From NCBI GenBank assembly GCA_964568335.1, contig CAZMQY010000003.1:2930-38561 (forward strand): 35,632 bases of DNA. The letters are read 5' to 3'. Source of the DNA: an uncultured Clostridium sp. (lineage in GTDB: Bacteria; Bacillota; Clostridia; Clostridiales; Clostridiaceae). Positions 26,890 to 35,166 of this stretch are shown in pieces (the first letter of the stretch is position 1; each line of letters opens with the position of its first letter). The position numbers and the translations under genes are program-made. Under the pieces are notes generated by a model. It searched no databases and was not told where the DNA came from. It saw only the letters and a list, made by a program, of their open reading frames with translations.

Positions 26890-28110
26890 ATGAAAAATTG
26901 TTTAGTAGCTCAATCAGGAGGTCCTACAGCTGTTATCAATGCTTCTTTTATGGGGGTTTTAGATGAGGCTTTAGAAAGCAAATACTTTAATAATGTTTTT
27001 GCGGGTATTAACGGTATCGAAGGTATTTTAAATGAAAAGCTTGTAAATCTTTCTCAAATACCTTATGAGAATTTAAAAGGTATGAAATATACTCCTTCTT
27101 CAGGTCTTGGCTCCTGCAGATACAAGATGAAGGATTATAAAAAAGACAGCTCTGAATATGAAAAGCTGTTTGAAATATTTAAGAAGTATGATATTGAAGC
27201 TTTCTTTTATATTGGCGGAAATGATTCCATGGATACAGTTCGTGCTTTAACTGAGTATACTAAGGAGCATAATATCAAAGACATTAAGGTTATTGGTGTA
27301 CCTAAGACTATTGACAATGACTTAATGGAGACAGATCATACTCCTGGTTTTGGAAGTGCAAGTAAATACATAGCAACCACTGTTTTAGAATGTTATTTAG
27401 ATTCTAGCGTATATATTAATAACGGCATATTTATAGTTGAAGCAATGGGTCGAGATACTGGCTGGCTTACAGCAAGTGCTGCTCTTGCAAAAATAAGTGG
27501 AAAGCCTGTAGTTGATTTTATATATCTTCCTGAAGTGCCATTCTCAAAAGAAAAGTTTTTAGAGGATGTGGCAAAAAGATTCAAGGAACAAAACCAAGTA
27601 TTTATTGTTGCCTCAGAGGGCATAAGATATGAAAATGGTGATTTCGTTGCTAAAGCTACTAGCACGGCTCATGATAAGTTCGGTCATGCACAGCTTGGCG
27701 GAGTTTGCGGCAGCCTTAAAAATCTTATAGTAGATAGCGGAATAACTTCACGTGTTAAAACACTTGAGCTTGGAGTTGCTCAAAGAGCAGCAATGCACTG
27801 CGCTTCTGCAACAGATATAGAGGAGACCTATGGTGTTGGAAGAGAAGCTGTAAAGTACTCCATACAAGGAAAGTCAGGTTATATGGTTGGTATTAGAAGA
27901 CTTCAGAACACTCCATACAAATCCGACACAATTTTAGTTGACCCTTCAAAGGTTGCAAATCATGTTAAATACTTCCCTAAGGAGTGGATTACCCCTGAAG
28001 GAAATTGGGTTACCGAAGAGGCAGTAGAATATATATCCCCACTAATTCAAGGAACACCGGATATTCCTCTGGAAAACGGACTTCCAAAGTATGCTGTACT
28101 TGCAAAATAA
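26890..28110 (+). CDS. pfp: 6-phosphofructokinase, PPi-dependent type
   Basis: AQSGGPTAVIN, IGGNDSMDT, PKTIDND and EAMGRDTGW motifs. Start at ATG 26890 with RBS GAGAGGAG. Confidence 0.88.
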   Translation: MKNCLVAQSGGPTAVINASFMGVLDEALESKYFNNVFAGINGIEGILNEKLVNLSQIPYENLKGMKYTPSSGLGSCRYKMKDYKKDSSEYEKLFEIFKKYDIEAFFYIGGNDSMDTVRALTEYTKEHNIKDIKVIGVPKTIDNDLMETDHTPGFGSASKYIATTVLECYLDSSVYINNGIFIVEAMGRDTGWLTASAALAKISGKPVVDFIYLPEVPFSKEKFLEDVAKRFKEQNQVFIVASEGIRYENGDFVAKATSTAHDKFGHAQLGGVCGSLKNLIVDSGITSRVKTLELGVAQRAAMHCASATDIEETYGVGREAVKYSIQGKSGYMVGIRRLQNTPYKSDTILVDPSKVANHVKYFPKEWITPEGNWVTEEAVEYISPLIQGTPDIPLENGLPKYAVLAK

Positions 28111-28140
28111 AGAAAGACCTTCACGGTCTTTCTTTATTTT
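28104..28140. terminator. Bidirectional terminator
   Basis: AAAATAAAGAAAGACC-ttcac-GGTCTTTCTTTATTTT. Confidence 0.85.
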
Positions 28141-28993
28141 ATATATATTCAATTTCATCGCTGTGGATAACGGTTTTTAATATGCTTTTTACTTCCTCCC
28201 AGCCAAAGCCTCTTCTAATAAGATAATCTGCTAATTTCTTATATAGCTTTTTGAAATCCACTTCTGTTTTTACAAGCACCGCATATCTTTTTTCAGCTAG
28301 TCTATGCAACTCCTCAATATTTGTTTCCTTATGCTCAAAAATTGCATCCTGAGAAGCTAAACTTACAACCTTTGCTAAAACCTCGTTAATTATTTCCTTA
28401 TCATAGCCTTTTCTCATTAAATATTCCCAAAGCTTATTGTAAATTTTTCTATTTTCTCTTTCACTTTTGAGCAATATTTTGTACCTCTTTTCAGCTAAAG
28501 AAATTGCTGTAGTAATCTCTAAAACATTGTCAACTTCCATGAGCTTTTCCTCTAGTAAAACCTCATGTATACCTTTCTTTAAAAGTGAATATTTAATTTT
28601 ATTCTTTCCTTGAGCTTTTATTTTCTCCTTAATATAGAGGCTTACATATTGTTCATCGTTTAAAAAATTATAGCTTTTTAAAAATTCTATTACCCTTGCA
28701 ATTGTTTTTTCCTCATACTCCCTTTTAAGCAGCTTATCAAAAACCTCTTTTTCAGTCTTATAGCTTCTTTCTATTAGCCTTAAAGCCTCATTCTTGCACT
28801 TTAAGTAATTATCTTCACAAACAATTTCCGTAAGCTTCTCAATATTTACAGCATTATTGGCTCTAAGACCATGAGTATATACAAGCTCCGCACTGCAGGA
28901 AAAGGCATAATCCCCTTCGATAAAAATACTTACCCTTTCCTTATTTTTTTTCTGCATCTCTATTTTTGTAATTAGCTTTTCATGGACATCCAT
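28139..28993 (-). CDS. recX: Recombination regulator RecX
   Basis: ITKIE.QKKNKERVSIF, KTEKEV..KL, LNDEQY and G..KI...L.KKGI motifs, plus repeated L.R(K/R)G(Y/F) helices. Confidence 0.92.
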   Translation of the reverse strand: MDVHEKLITKIEMQKKNKERVSIFIEGDYAFSCSAELVYTHGLRANNAVNIEKLTEIVCEDNYLKCKNEALRLIERSYKTEKEVFDKLLKREYEEKTIARVIEFLKSYNFLNDEQYVSLYIKEKIKAQGKNKIKYSLLKKGIHEVLLEEKLMEVDNVLEITTAISLAEKRYKILLKSERENRKIYNKLWEYLMRKGYDKEIINEVLAKVVSLASQDAIFEHKETNIEELHRLAEKRYAVLVKTEVDFKKLYKKLADYLIRRGFGWEEVKSILKTVIHSDEIEYI

Positions 28994-29025
28994 ACTAACC
29001 CTCCTGCTGTTAAATTAATGAGTTA

Positions 29026-30270
29026 CTAATTTTTTGCAGCAAGTATGTGAATGGTAGGAATATTGAACACTCTTTTTGCTACATCATACATATCTTTGCT
29101 TTTAATTTCTTCAAGTTTTTTCATATCCTCCACAAATTCATATATGCTCTCATCCTCCAACCTTTGATGAAGCACATAGTTTCCTAAATCAGTGGAATCC
29201 TCCAAGGTTGCAGCTACTGCAGTTTTAAGAACCTTTCTCATAAGCACAACTGTATCCTCATTAAAATTTATGTCTCCACTCTTAATTCTCTCTATACAGC
29301 TGTCTATAGCCGTTAAGGTTTCCTCCACTTTTTCAGGTCCTACAGCCGTATAAATATAAAGAGTTTTGACATAATTAGTCATATCAAGATGAGAATATAC
29401 ATCATAGGCTAAACCTCTGTCCTCTCTTAACTCCCTAAACAAAATTGAGTTTGCGCTCTCACCAAACTTATGGTTTAAAACTTTTAATGTCAGTTCTTCC
29501 TGCTTGTTTAAACCGTGAAAAGTGAACGCGTAAATTATTGTACTTTGCTCGATATTTTTCTTAAACGTGGTTTTCTTTACCGGTATATTATCTTCAATGT
29601 CTATATCTTCATAGTTTAATTCTTGCCACTTCCAAGCTTTAAAATACTTTTGTATAAGGCTTATGATTTCCTCATGCTCAAAGGAAGATACTACAGAAAT
29701 AAAGCAATTGTTAGGAACATAGTATTTATTATAATAATTTATTAGCTGCTGCCTAGTAAATTTCTTGACATCTTTTTCGTCTCCTAAGGCGTCATATCTT
29801 AGAGGACTTTTGCTAAAGGCGATTTCATTAATCTTACTAAAGCTGTAATCCTCGATATCATCCTTGCTTGTTCGAATCTCTGCAAGGATAACCCCTCTCT
29901 CCTTTTCAATTTCCTTTTCAGGAAATTGTGAGTTTTGCACCATGTCTGCAAGTATTTCAATAGAAGCCTCAAGCTCTTCGCCTAAAGCTGTTATACTGTA
30001 TACTGTAGAGGAATAATCTGTATAAGCATTATATTCTCCACCTCTTTTTTCTAACGCATCATTTATTTCCTCATTGTTTCTTACGCCTGTTCCCTTGAAA
30101 AGCATATGCTCTATAAAGTGAGATATACCTCTATCTTTTCCTTTTTCATAAAGGGAACCTACTTTTAATCCTACATGGAGGGAAGCGATTTGTGTATCTC
30201 TTTTAACAGTTATAAGCCTTATTCCATTTTCTAAAATATTTATATTAGCATCAAATGTTCTTTTTTCCAT
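29026..30270 (-). CDS. M16 (pitrilysin) family zinc peptidase
   Basis: GISHFIEHMLFKGT (HxxEH), NAYT, ERGVILAE and LFRELRE.RGLAY motifs. Confidence 0.93.
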   Translation of the reverse strand: MEKRTFDANINILENGIRLITVKRDTQIASLHVGLKVGSLYEKGKDRGISHFIEHMLFKGTGVRNNEEINDALEKRGGEYNAYTDYSSTVYSITALGEELEASIEILADMVQNSQFPEKEIEKERGVILAEIRTSKDDIEDYSFSKINEIAFSKSPLRYDALGDEKDVKKFTRQQLINYYNKYYVPNNCFISVVSSFEHEEIISLIQKYFKAWKWQELNYEDIDIEDNIPVKKTTFKKNIEQSTIIYAFTFHGLNKQEELTLKVLNHKFGESANSILFRELREDRGLAYDVYSHLDMTNYVKTLYIYTAVGPEKVEETLTAIDSCIERIKSGDINFNEDTVVLMRKVLKTAVAATLEDSTDLGNYVLHQRLEDESIYEFVEDMKKLEEIKSKDMYDVAKRVFNIPTIHILAAKN

Positions 30271-30377
30271 ATATACTCCTTTAACCTTACCTTAATATGC
30301 GTTTAAACGCGTACTTATTAATTATAATACAATATGAAAAAAAGTGTTATGTTATTTGAATAAATTATTTATTTCCG

Positions 30378-30406
30378 TTGACATCTGATATCATAATTGC
30401 TAAAAT
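30378..30406 (+). promoter_or_regulatory. sigma-A promoter of queT
   Basis: TTGACA-17 nt-TAAAAT with an extended TG. Confidence 0.8.
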
Positions 30407-30429
30407 GTACGAGTGCTTCAAAGAGGTAC

Positions 30430-30470
30430 GGACAGTTCGTAACCATCCTGTCCTAAAATAAAACTAGGAG
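30430..30470 (+). ncRNA. preQ1 class I riboswitch
   Basis: P1 GGACAG/CTGTCC with loop TTCGTAACCATC and A-rich tail AAAATAAAACTAG running into the RBS GGAGG, directly upstream of queT. Confidence 0.9.
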
Positions 30471-30479
30471 GAATAAGGA

Positions 30480-30971
30480 ATGAAATTAAATGTTCGAAAA
30501 ATTGTTTTTGGAGGAGTAATAGGAGGTATATACGCTGCCCTTACGCTGGCGTTAGCACCTATAAGCTACGGAGAGGTTCAATTTAGAATAGCTGAAGCTC
30601 TTACAGTACTGCCTTTCTTCTCGGTGTTTTCTACTTGGGGACTGTTTGTTGGATGTCTAATATCTAATATTTTAAGTCCAATAGGCCCTTTAGACATGAT
30701 TTTTGGATCTCTTGCTACATTTATAGCGGCTATAATGACTTATTACATTGGTAAAAGCAATTTAAAATTCAAAAGATATATCGCACCACTTCCAGCAGTT
30801 ATAGTTAACGCTATTGTTATTGGACTATTAATAAGCTACAGTTCCAATATTCCATTTGTTATACCAGCTCTTCAAGTTGGATTTGGTCAATTAGTAGTTT
30901 GCTACATTTTAGGGTTACCCTTATTAATGGTTATCGATAAAAATGAAAATTTAAAAAAATATTTAAGATAA
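30480..30971 (+). CDS. queT: QueT queuosine-precursor transporter
   Basis: IYAALT...APISYG.VQFRIAEAL, GC.ISN and DMIFG motifs; preQ1 riboswitch upstream. Confidence 0.9.
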   Translation: MKLNVRKIVFGGVIGGIYAALTLALAPISYGEVQFRIAEALTVLPFFSVFSTWGLFVGCLISNILSPIGPLDMIFGSLATFIAAIMTYYIGKSNLKFKRYIAPLPAVIVNAIVIGLLISYSSNIPFVIPALQVGFGQLVVCYILGLPLLMVIDKNENLKKYLR

Positions 30972-30976
30972 ATAAT

Positions 30977-31016
30977 AAAAATAAAAGCTTCTGAACACTC
31001 AGAAGCTTTTATTTTT
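30977..31016 (+). terminator. Intrinsic terminator after queT
   Basis: AAAAATAAAAGCTTCTGA-acac-TCAGAAGCTTTTATTTTT. Confidence 0.85.
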
Positions 31017-31095
31017 TATTTCAATGTTAATACTCATTCATTTAACATAAACTAAAGTAAGAAATAATTTTTTCACCATGTTTATAGGGGGGGCC

Positions 31096-31260
31096 ATGTC
31101 TAAATTTACTAAGATACTTATTGTATTAATAATTATACTGCTGATAGAAATTTTATTAATTTACAGAGGTTATAAGATTAAGAAATTAAACACACCTCCT
31201 ATTGGAGATAAACCAGTATTTGCATTAATAAATACATATGAAGTAAAAATCCGACTGTAG
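31096..31260 (+). CDS. Small single-helix membrane protein (54 aa)
   Basis: RBS AGGGGGGG then ATG 31096; MSKFTKILIVLIIILLIEILLIY... transmembrane helix; CATAAACT sporulation-type -10 upstream. Confidence 0.55.
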   Translation: MSKFTKILIVLIIILLIEILLIYRGYKIKKLNTPPIGDKPVFALINTYEVKIRL

Positions 31261-31277
31261 CGCAGTCGGATTTTTTT
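31246..31277. terminator. Bidirectional terminator
   Basis: AAAATCCGACTG-tagcg-CAGTCGGATTTT. Confidence 0.85.
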
Positions 31278-31278
31278 A

Positions 31279-32697
31279 TTAAACTTGGAAAACAAATTTT
31301 AGGATGAATAGTACAGCAAATATATACATTATTGGATGAACTTCTTTTGCCTTTCCTCTAACTAATTTAACTATAGTGTAAAATATGAAACCGGCAGCTA
31401 TACCATTAGCTATACTGTAAGTAAATGGCATCATAACAACTGTTAAAAATGCTGGAAGAGCTTCCTCAAAGTTCTCAAAATCTATTCTCATTATTGAGCT
31501 TATCATAAGTACTCCAACTATGATAAGTGCAGGAGCAGTAGCTTGAGCAGGAACTATACCAACAAGAGGAGCAATGAATAATGATAAGAAGAAGCATATT
31601 GCAACAACCACTGCTGTTAAACCAGTCCTTCCGCCTTCGCTTATACCAGCAGCACTTTCTACGTATGTTGTTACGTTACTTGTTCCGATAATAGCTCCAA
31701 TTGAAGTAGCAGTAGCATCAGCAAATAAAGCTTTGTCAATTTTTCTTGGGAACATTCCCTTTTTAGGAACATCATTTTTCTCATCGAACATACCTGTTTT
31801 TGCACCAGTTCCAATGAAAGTACCGATTGTATCAAAGGTATCAACCAAGCTGAAGGAAACTATTATAGTAATAGCAGTAAGTATACTTGTTTTAGCTGTA
31901 AATAATTCAGTAAAGCTAAGCTGCATAAAGGTTGGCTTTAAACTTGGTGGCAGTGAAAATATATTAAACCCTTCTGGAATGAAAAGTCCTAATTTCACAC
32001 CAAAACCTACCTGTGCGATAACCCCAACCACAGTAGTTAATATAATACCTAAAAGTATAGAACCTTTTACATTCTTAACCATAAGTGCCACTGTTATAAT
32101 TAGTCCGAATAATGCTAGCAAAGTCCCAGGATTCTTAATATTACCAAATGCAACTAAGGTTGCTGGGTCTGCTACAACCAATCCAGCCTCTTTAAAACCT
32201 ATTAGAGCTATAAATAATCCGATACCGGCACCAATAGCATTTTTAAGAGATTCAGGTATAGCATTAACAATAGCAATTCTTATTTTTGTTACAGTGATAA
32301 AAATATTAATAAGACCACAAATAAATACTGCTGCAAGTGCTGCCTTCCATGAATATTTTGCTGTTCCAACCACATAGAAAGTGAAGAATGCATTCATTCC
32401 CATGCCTGCAGCCTGAGCAAATGGAACATTAGCAACAAGTCCCATAATTAAAGTACCGATAATTGCAGATAAAACTGTAGCTACAAATATAGAGCCAATA
32501 ATAGGGTCATTCCCAACTGTCAATCCTGCTTTTGCAACATCACCAAAAAATAATCCCTTTGAATTCATTCCTGATTGAGCAAGAAGGCTTGGATTAACAA
32601 ATATTATATATGCCATCGTTATGAAGGTAGTAATTCCAGCAATAACTTCAGTTTTTACGGTGGTATTATTTTCTTGTAATTTAAAGAAATCTTTCAT
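31279..32697 (-). CDS. NCS2/AzgA-family guanine/hypoxanthine permease (PbuG-like)
   Basis: TEVIAGITTF.TMAYIIFVNP, GMGMNAFF, FDTIGT and YVESAAGI.EGGRTG motifs; purine riboswitch upstream. Confidence 0.92.
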   Translation of the reverse strand: MKDFFKLQENNTTVKTEVIAGITTFITMAYIIFVNPSLLAQSGMNSKGLFFGDVAKAGLTVGNDPIIGSIFVATVLSAIIGTLIMGLVANVPFAQAAGMGMNAFFTFYVVGTAKYSWKAALAAVFICGLINIFITVTKIRIAIVNAIPESLKNAIGAGIGLFIALIGFKEAGLVVADPATLVAFGNIKNPGTLLALFGLIITVALMVKNVKGSILLGIILTTVVGVIAQVGFGVKLGLFIPEGFNIFSLPPSLKPTFMQLSFTELFTAKTSILTAITIIVSFSLVDTFDTIGTFIGTGAKTGMFDEKNDVPKKGMFPRKIDKALFADATATSIGAIIGTSNVTTYVESAAGISEGGRTGLTAVVVAICFFLSLFIAPLVGIVPAQATAPALIIVGVLMISSIMRIDFENFEEALPAFLTVVMMPFTYSIANGIAAGFIFYTIVKLVRGKAKEVHPIMYIFAVLFILKFVFQV

Positions 32698-32839
32698 TTA
32701 ATTTTCCCCCTTAATTTTTACGATTTATAAGATTAATATTTACATTTCCCCTCCTTATGCAAGTGATTACATAAACTCCACTAAGCAAAACTATCGCTGT
32801 TTACAAATTGATGCCCACAGTAAATTATATGTTTATCCA

Positions 32840-32889
32840 AAAAGAAATAAAACGCATGAATCTTCAAAATATTGAGTGAATTCATGCGC
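32840..32889 (-). terminator. Probable expression-platform terminator of the purine riboswitch
   Basis: Minus strand GCGCATGAAT...ATTCATGCGT followed by TTTATTTCTTTTT. Confidence 0.6.
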
Positions 32890-32967
32890 TTAACTGCGTA
32901 TTCAATATTAGGACAAAGCCAAACGAACTATTTGTCCAATATTAACCGGAACATCAGTAAACTCTTC

Positions 32968-33035
32968 ACTCATAGTCAAGCAGTTACGGCTGCTTAGTAG
33001 AAACTTCCGAACCAAATCATCGGAATTATATGAGT
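32968..33035 (-). ncRNA. Purine (guanine) riboswitch aptamer
   Basis: Minus strand ACUCAUAUAAUUCCGAUGAUUUGGUUCGGAAGUUUCUACUAAGCAGCCGUAACUGCUUGACUAUGAGU. Canonical J2/3 UUUCUAC and L3 CCGUAA; the specificity residue is C, indicating guanine. Confidence 0.95.
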
Positions 33036-33055
33036 CCTTATTTGATTATGTACTA

Positions 33056-33084
33056 ATAGTATCATAAAAATATTGCTATGTAAA
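33056..33084 (-). promoter_or_regulatory. sigma-A promoter of the riboswitch-permease transcript
   Basis: TTTACA-17 nt-TACTAT with an extended TG. Confidence 0.65.
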
Positions 33085-33087
33085 TAC

Positions 33088-33130
33088 AAAACCACGAACA
33101 TTTTTAAATTGTTTTAATTTTTCATTCGAC
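33088..33130. promoter_or_regulatory. Candidate PurR operator (two inverted PurBoxes)
   Basis: CGAAC-N24-ATTCG just upstream of the -35, matching the Firmicute PurR GAAC-N24-GTTC layout. Confidence 0.65.
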
Positions 33131-33257
33131 ATTAATTATTCATGTATATTTTATAACCCTAACTTCCATCAAAATACAATTCAAAAAATATGACTCCTAA
33201 TGTCTACTGCACCATTAAAACTCTGATTACTTAGTAATGAAAGCTGCAGGGATGGAG

Positions 33258-33887
33258 CTACAAATGATGCTTTTTATACTTATCAAGTATACTAATAATC
33301 TCAAAGGTATTCTTTCCCTGACCTATGAGTTCAATAACCTTTTTCTTTGACCAGTTATACCGCTGGAAGGTTTCTAACACTCCTTCTACATCACAGTATA
33401 CCTTCCAATAACCACAGTATAAAAAATTCCTGCCTAAGTTTTTAATGAAACCCAGTACATCCTGATATGGTATATCTAGAAAAATTCCTATTTCGTGGGG
33501 GCAGCCCGCCATGTATCTTTCCCTCAATTTAAATAGGCAGTTTACAAGACTTTCTTTTTCATCATATCCGCAGCTTTTTAAGAAAATCTTATTTTCCTTT
33601 TGTTTTATTCTATTGTAAAGGCTATTCTCATCATAAAAAAGAACCGTACATATCCTATCTGTTTTATTGAGTTCAAAACACTTTAGAGGAACCTGACTTA
33701 GAAATTCCTCTCTATACTCATTCCACAGGTTATAGGAATTTTTATACCTATGACACAGCGTTATGAGAGTAGAGCATTTATAACCGCAAATTGTTGGGGC
33801 AATGCCATATGTGATCAAATTAAACATATAATCCTTTTCATCTAAACTCTTCATGCTGTTCATAAATATGTTTACTGTGTCATTCAT
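33258..33887 (-). CDS. DUF3793 family protein
   Basis: APTI.G.K.S.L, CPHEIGIFL.IP..DV.GFI and GYWKVY motifs. The likely start is ATG 33887 with RBS GGAGA. Confidence 0.85.
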   Translation of the reverse strand: MNDTVNIFMNSMKSLDEKDYMFNLITYGIAPTICGYKCSTLITLCHRYKNSYNLWNEYREEFLSQVPLKCFELNKTDRICTVLFYDENSLYNRIKQKENKIFLKSCGYDEKESLVNCLFKLRERYMAGCPHEIGIFLDIPYQDVLGFIKNLGRNFLYCGYWKVYCDVEGVLETFQRYNWSKKKVIELIGQGKNTFEIISILDKYKKHHL

Positions 33888-34022
33888 ATCATTCTCTCCA
33901 ATTACAATATTTACAAATAGTCTTCCCAAAAATAATGGCTTAAATGCAGTTAATTATCAAGTTGAAAATATATCATCTATAGGTTAGTATAAGAAAGGTA
34001 AATAGTGAAAGGATGATGAGGG

Positions 34023-34625
34023 TTGATAAAGAATATAATTTTTGATATTGGAAGAGTATTATTAGAATTTAATCCAAAGGAATACCTTTTGGAAAAATAT
34101 ACGAATAAACTTTTAGTTGAGGAACTTTATTCTGCAGTATTTGAAAGCTCAGAATGGCTCGATTTAGACAGAGGAAGCATTACAGACGGGGAAGCTGTAG
34201 AAATTTTTTCTAAAAGGCATTCATCTCAAAGAATCTATATTATGGACATTATGAAGGATTGGCATAATATTTTAATTCCCATAGAAGATACAGTCAGTCT
34301 ACTAAAAAGACTTAAACAGAATAATTATAGAATAATATTGCTCTCTAATTTTCATCTTAGAGCTTTTGAAATTGTTTATGAAAAATATCCATTCTTTAAA
34401 ATGGCAGATGAAATGATTATTTCCTCAAAAATTAATTTACTTAAGCCAAGCAGGGAAATTTACGAGCATACGCTGCACAGCTTGAATTTGGCAGCAGAGG
34501 AATGCTTATTCATAGATGATACTTTGGCCAACATTGAGGGTGCTAAAAGTATTGGAATTAATACAATTCTGTTTAAAAACCCTGCTCAGTTAGAGCAAGA
34601 GCTCAAAGATCTAAGTTTACTATAA
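34023..34625 (+). CDS. HAD-family phosphatase
   Basis: IIFDIGRVL, LLSN, KP..EIY and FIDD...N motifs; TTG start. Confidence 0.9.
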   Translation: MIKNIIFDIGRVLLEFNPKEYLLEKYTNKLLVEELYSAVFESSEWLDLDRGSITDGEAVEIFSKRHSSQRIYIMDIMKDWHNILIPIEDTVSLLKRLKQNNYRIILLSNFHLRAFEIVYEKYPFFKMADEMIISSKINLLKPSREIYEHTLHSLNLAAEECLFIDDTLANIEGAKSIGINTILFKNPAQLEQELKDLSLL

Positions 34626-34628
34626 GTT

Positions 34629-34655
34629 AAAGGATAGGTTATTTGCCTATCCTTT
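34629..34655. terminator. Bidirectional terminator
   Basis: AAAGGATAGG-7 nt-CCTATCCTTT. Confidence 0.75.
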
Positions 34656-34669
34656 GGTATTACCCCTCC

Positions 34670-34903
34670 TTAGAAGGTAGGAATATTGTCTAGGTTATCT
34701 CCTTCATTATCGTTTGGATTGCTCCTTAAGTACTCTCTGCCGTTTTTTGCCCTCCCAACGTTAACTCCTTCGATGAGTCCATCCCTAGTCATCATTATAG
34801 CTTCATTGATTGAATATACGTTTCCATTCTCAAGCATTACATCAGTAATATCTCCATCTGAATTTTTCTTAACCTTTACTATCTTAGTCTTATTTTCCAC
34901 CAT
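34670..34903 (-). CDS. DUF3892 family protein
   Basis: KV.K..DGDIT.V...NG and YLRSNP.....DNLD.IP.F motifs; RBS GAGGAGG. Confidence 0.85.
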   Translation of the reverse strand: MVENKTKIVKVKKNSDGDITDVMLENGNVYSINEAIMMTRDGLIEGVNVGRAKNGREYLRSNPNDNEGDNLDNIPTF

Positions 34904-35011
34904 AATTCCTCCTCTTATAATAGGTTTATATTAGTATTTACTCTTATGTTTTCTTTATTCCTATTCCCTTCACTTGTTCCAATATATGCCCTTCCTTCCA
35001 CATATTTTGTA

Positions 35012-35040
35012 TAGATATAGCTATACTCCTCTGTTACAAT
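35012..35040 (+). promoter_or_regulatory. Candidate sigma-A promoter upstream of the c-di-AMP riboswitch
   Basis: TAGATA-17 nt-TACAAT with an extended TG. Confidence 0.5.
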
Positions 35041-35044
35041 AACA

Positions 35045-35155
35045 CCTGTAGATGCCGAATCTCCAAAAATGGAGTACGGGGGATATCCATGGGGTGAATC
35101 TTAAAAAGTAGGGTACCTCTTACCCGAACCCGTCAACTAACCTCGGAGGCTTAAG
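35045..35155 (+). ncRNA. c-di-AMP (ydaO/yuaA) riboswitch
   Basis: Conserved blocks GCCGAATC, GTACGGGGGA, GGGGTGAATC, TAGGG...CCCGAACCCGTCAACTAACC and TCGGAGGC, upstream of a cell-wall hydrolase gene. Confidence 0.93.
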
Positions 35156-35166
35156 GAGGGAAATAT

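Noticed and set aside
30299-30310. Palindrome GCGTTTAAACGC upstream of the M16 peptidase
   Set aside because: Short, seen once, and not matching any operator I can name.
33190-33258. Possible stem-loop downstream of the DUF3793 gene
   Set aside because: Only short interrupted helices (CTCC/GGAG, CTGCA/TGCAG); no family signature.
760-34934. Many short antisense ORFs (e.g. 760..1002, 13505..13777, 15272..15673, 22297..22674, 26274..26687, 31574..32377, 34686..34934)
   Set aside because: They lie opposite well-supported genes, have no recognisable motifs, and show the composition typical of reverse-strand shadows.
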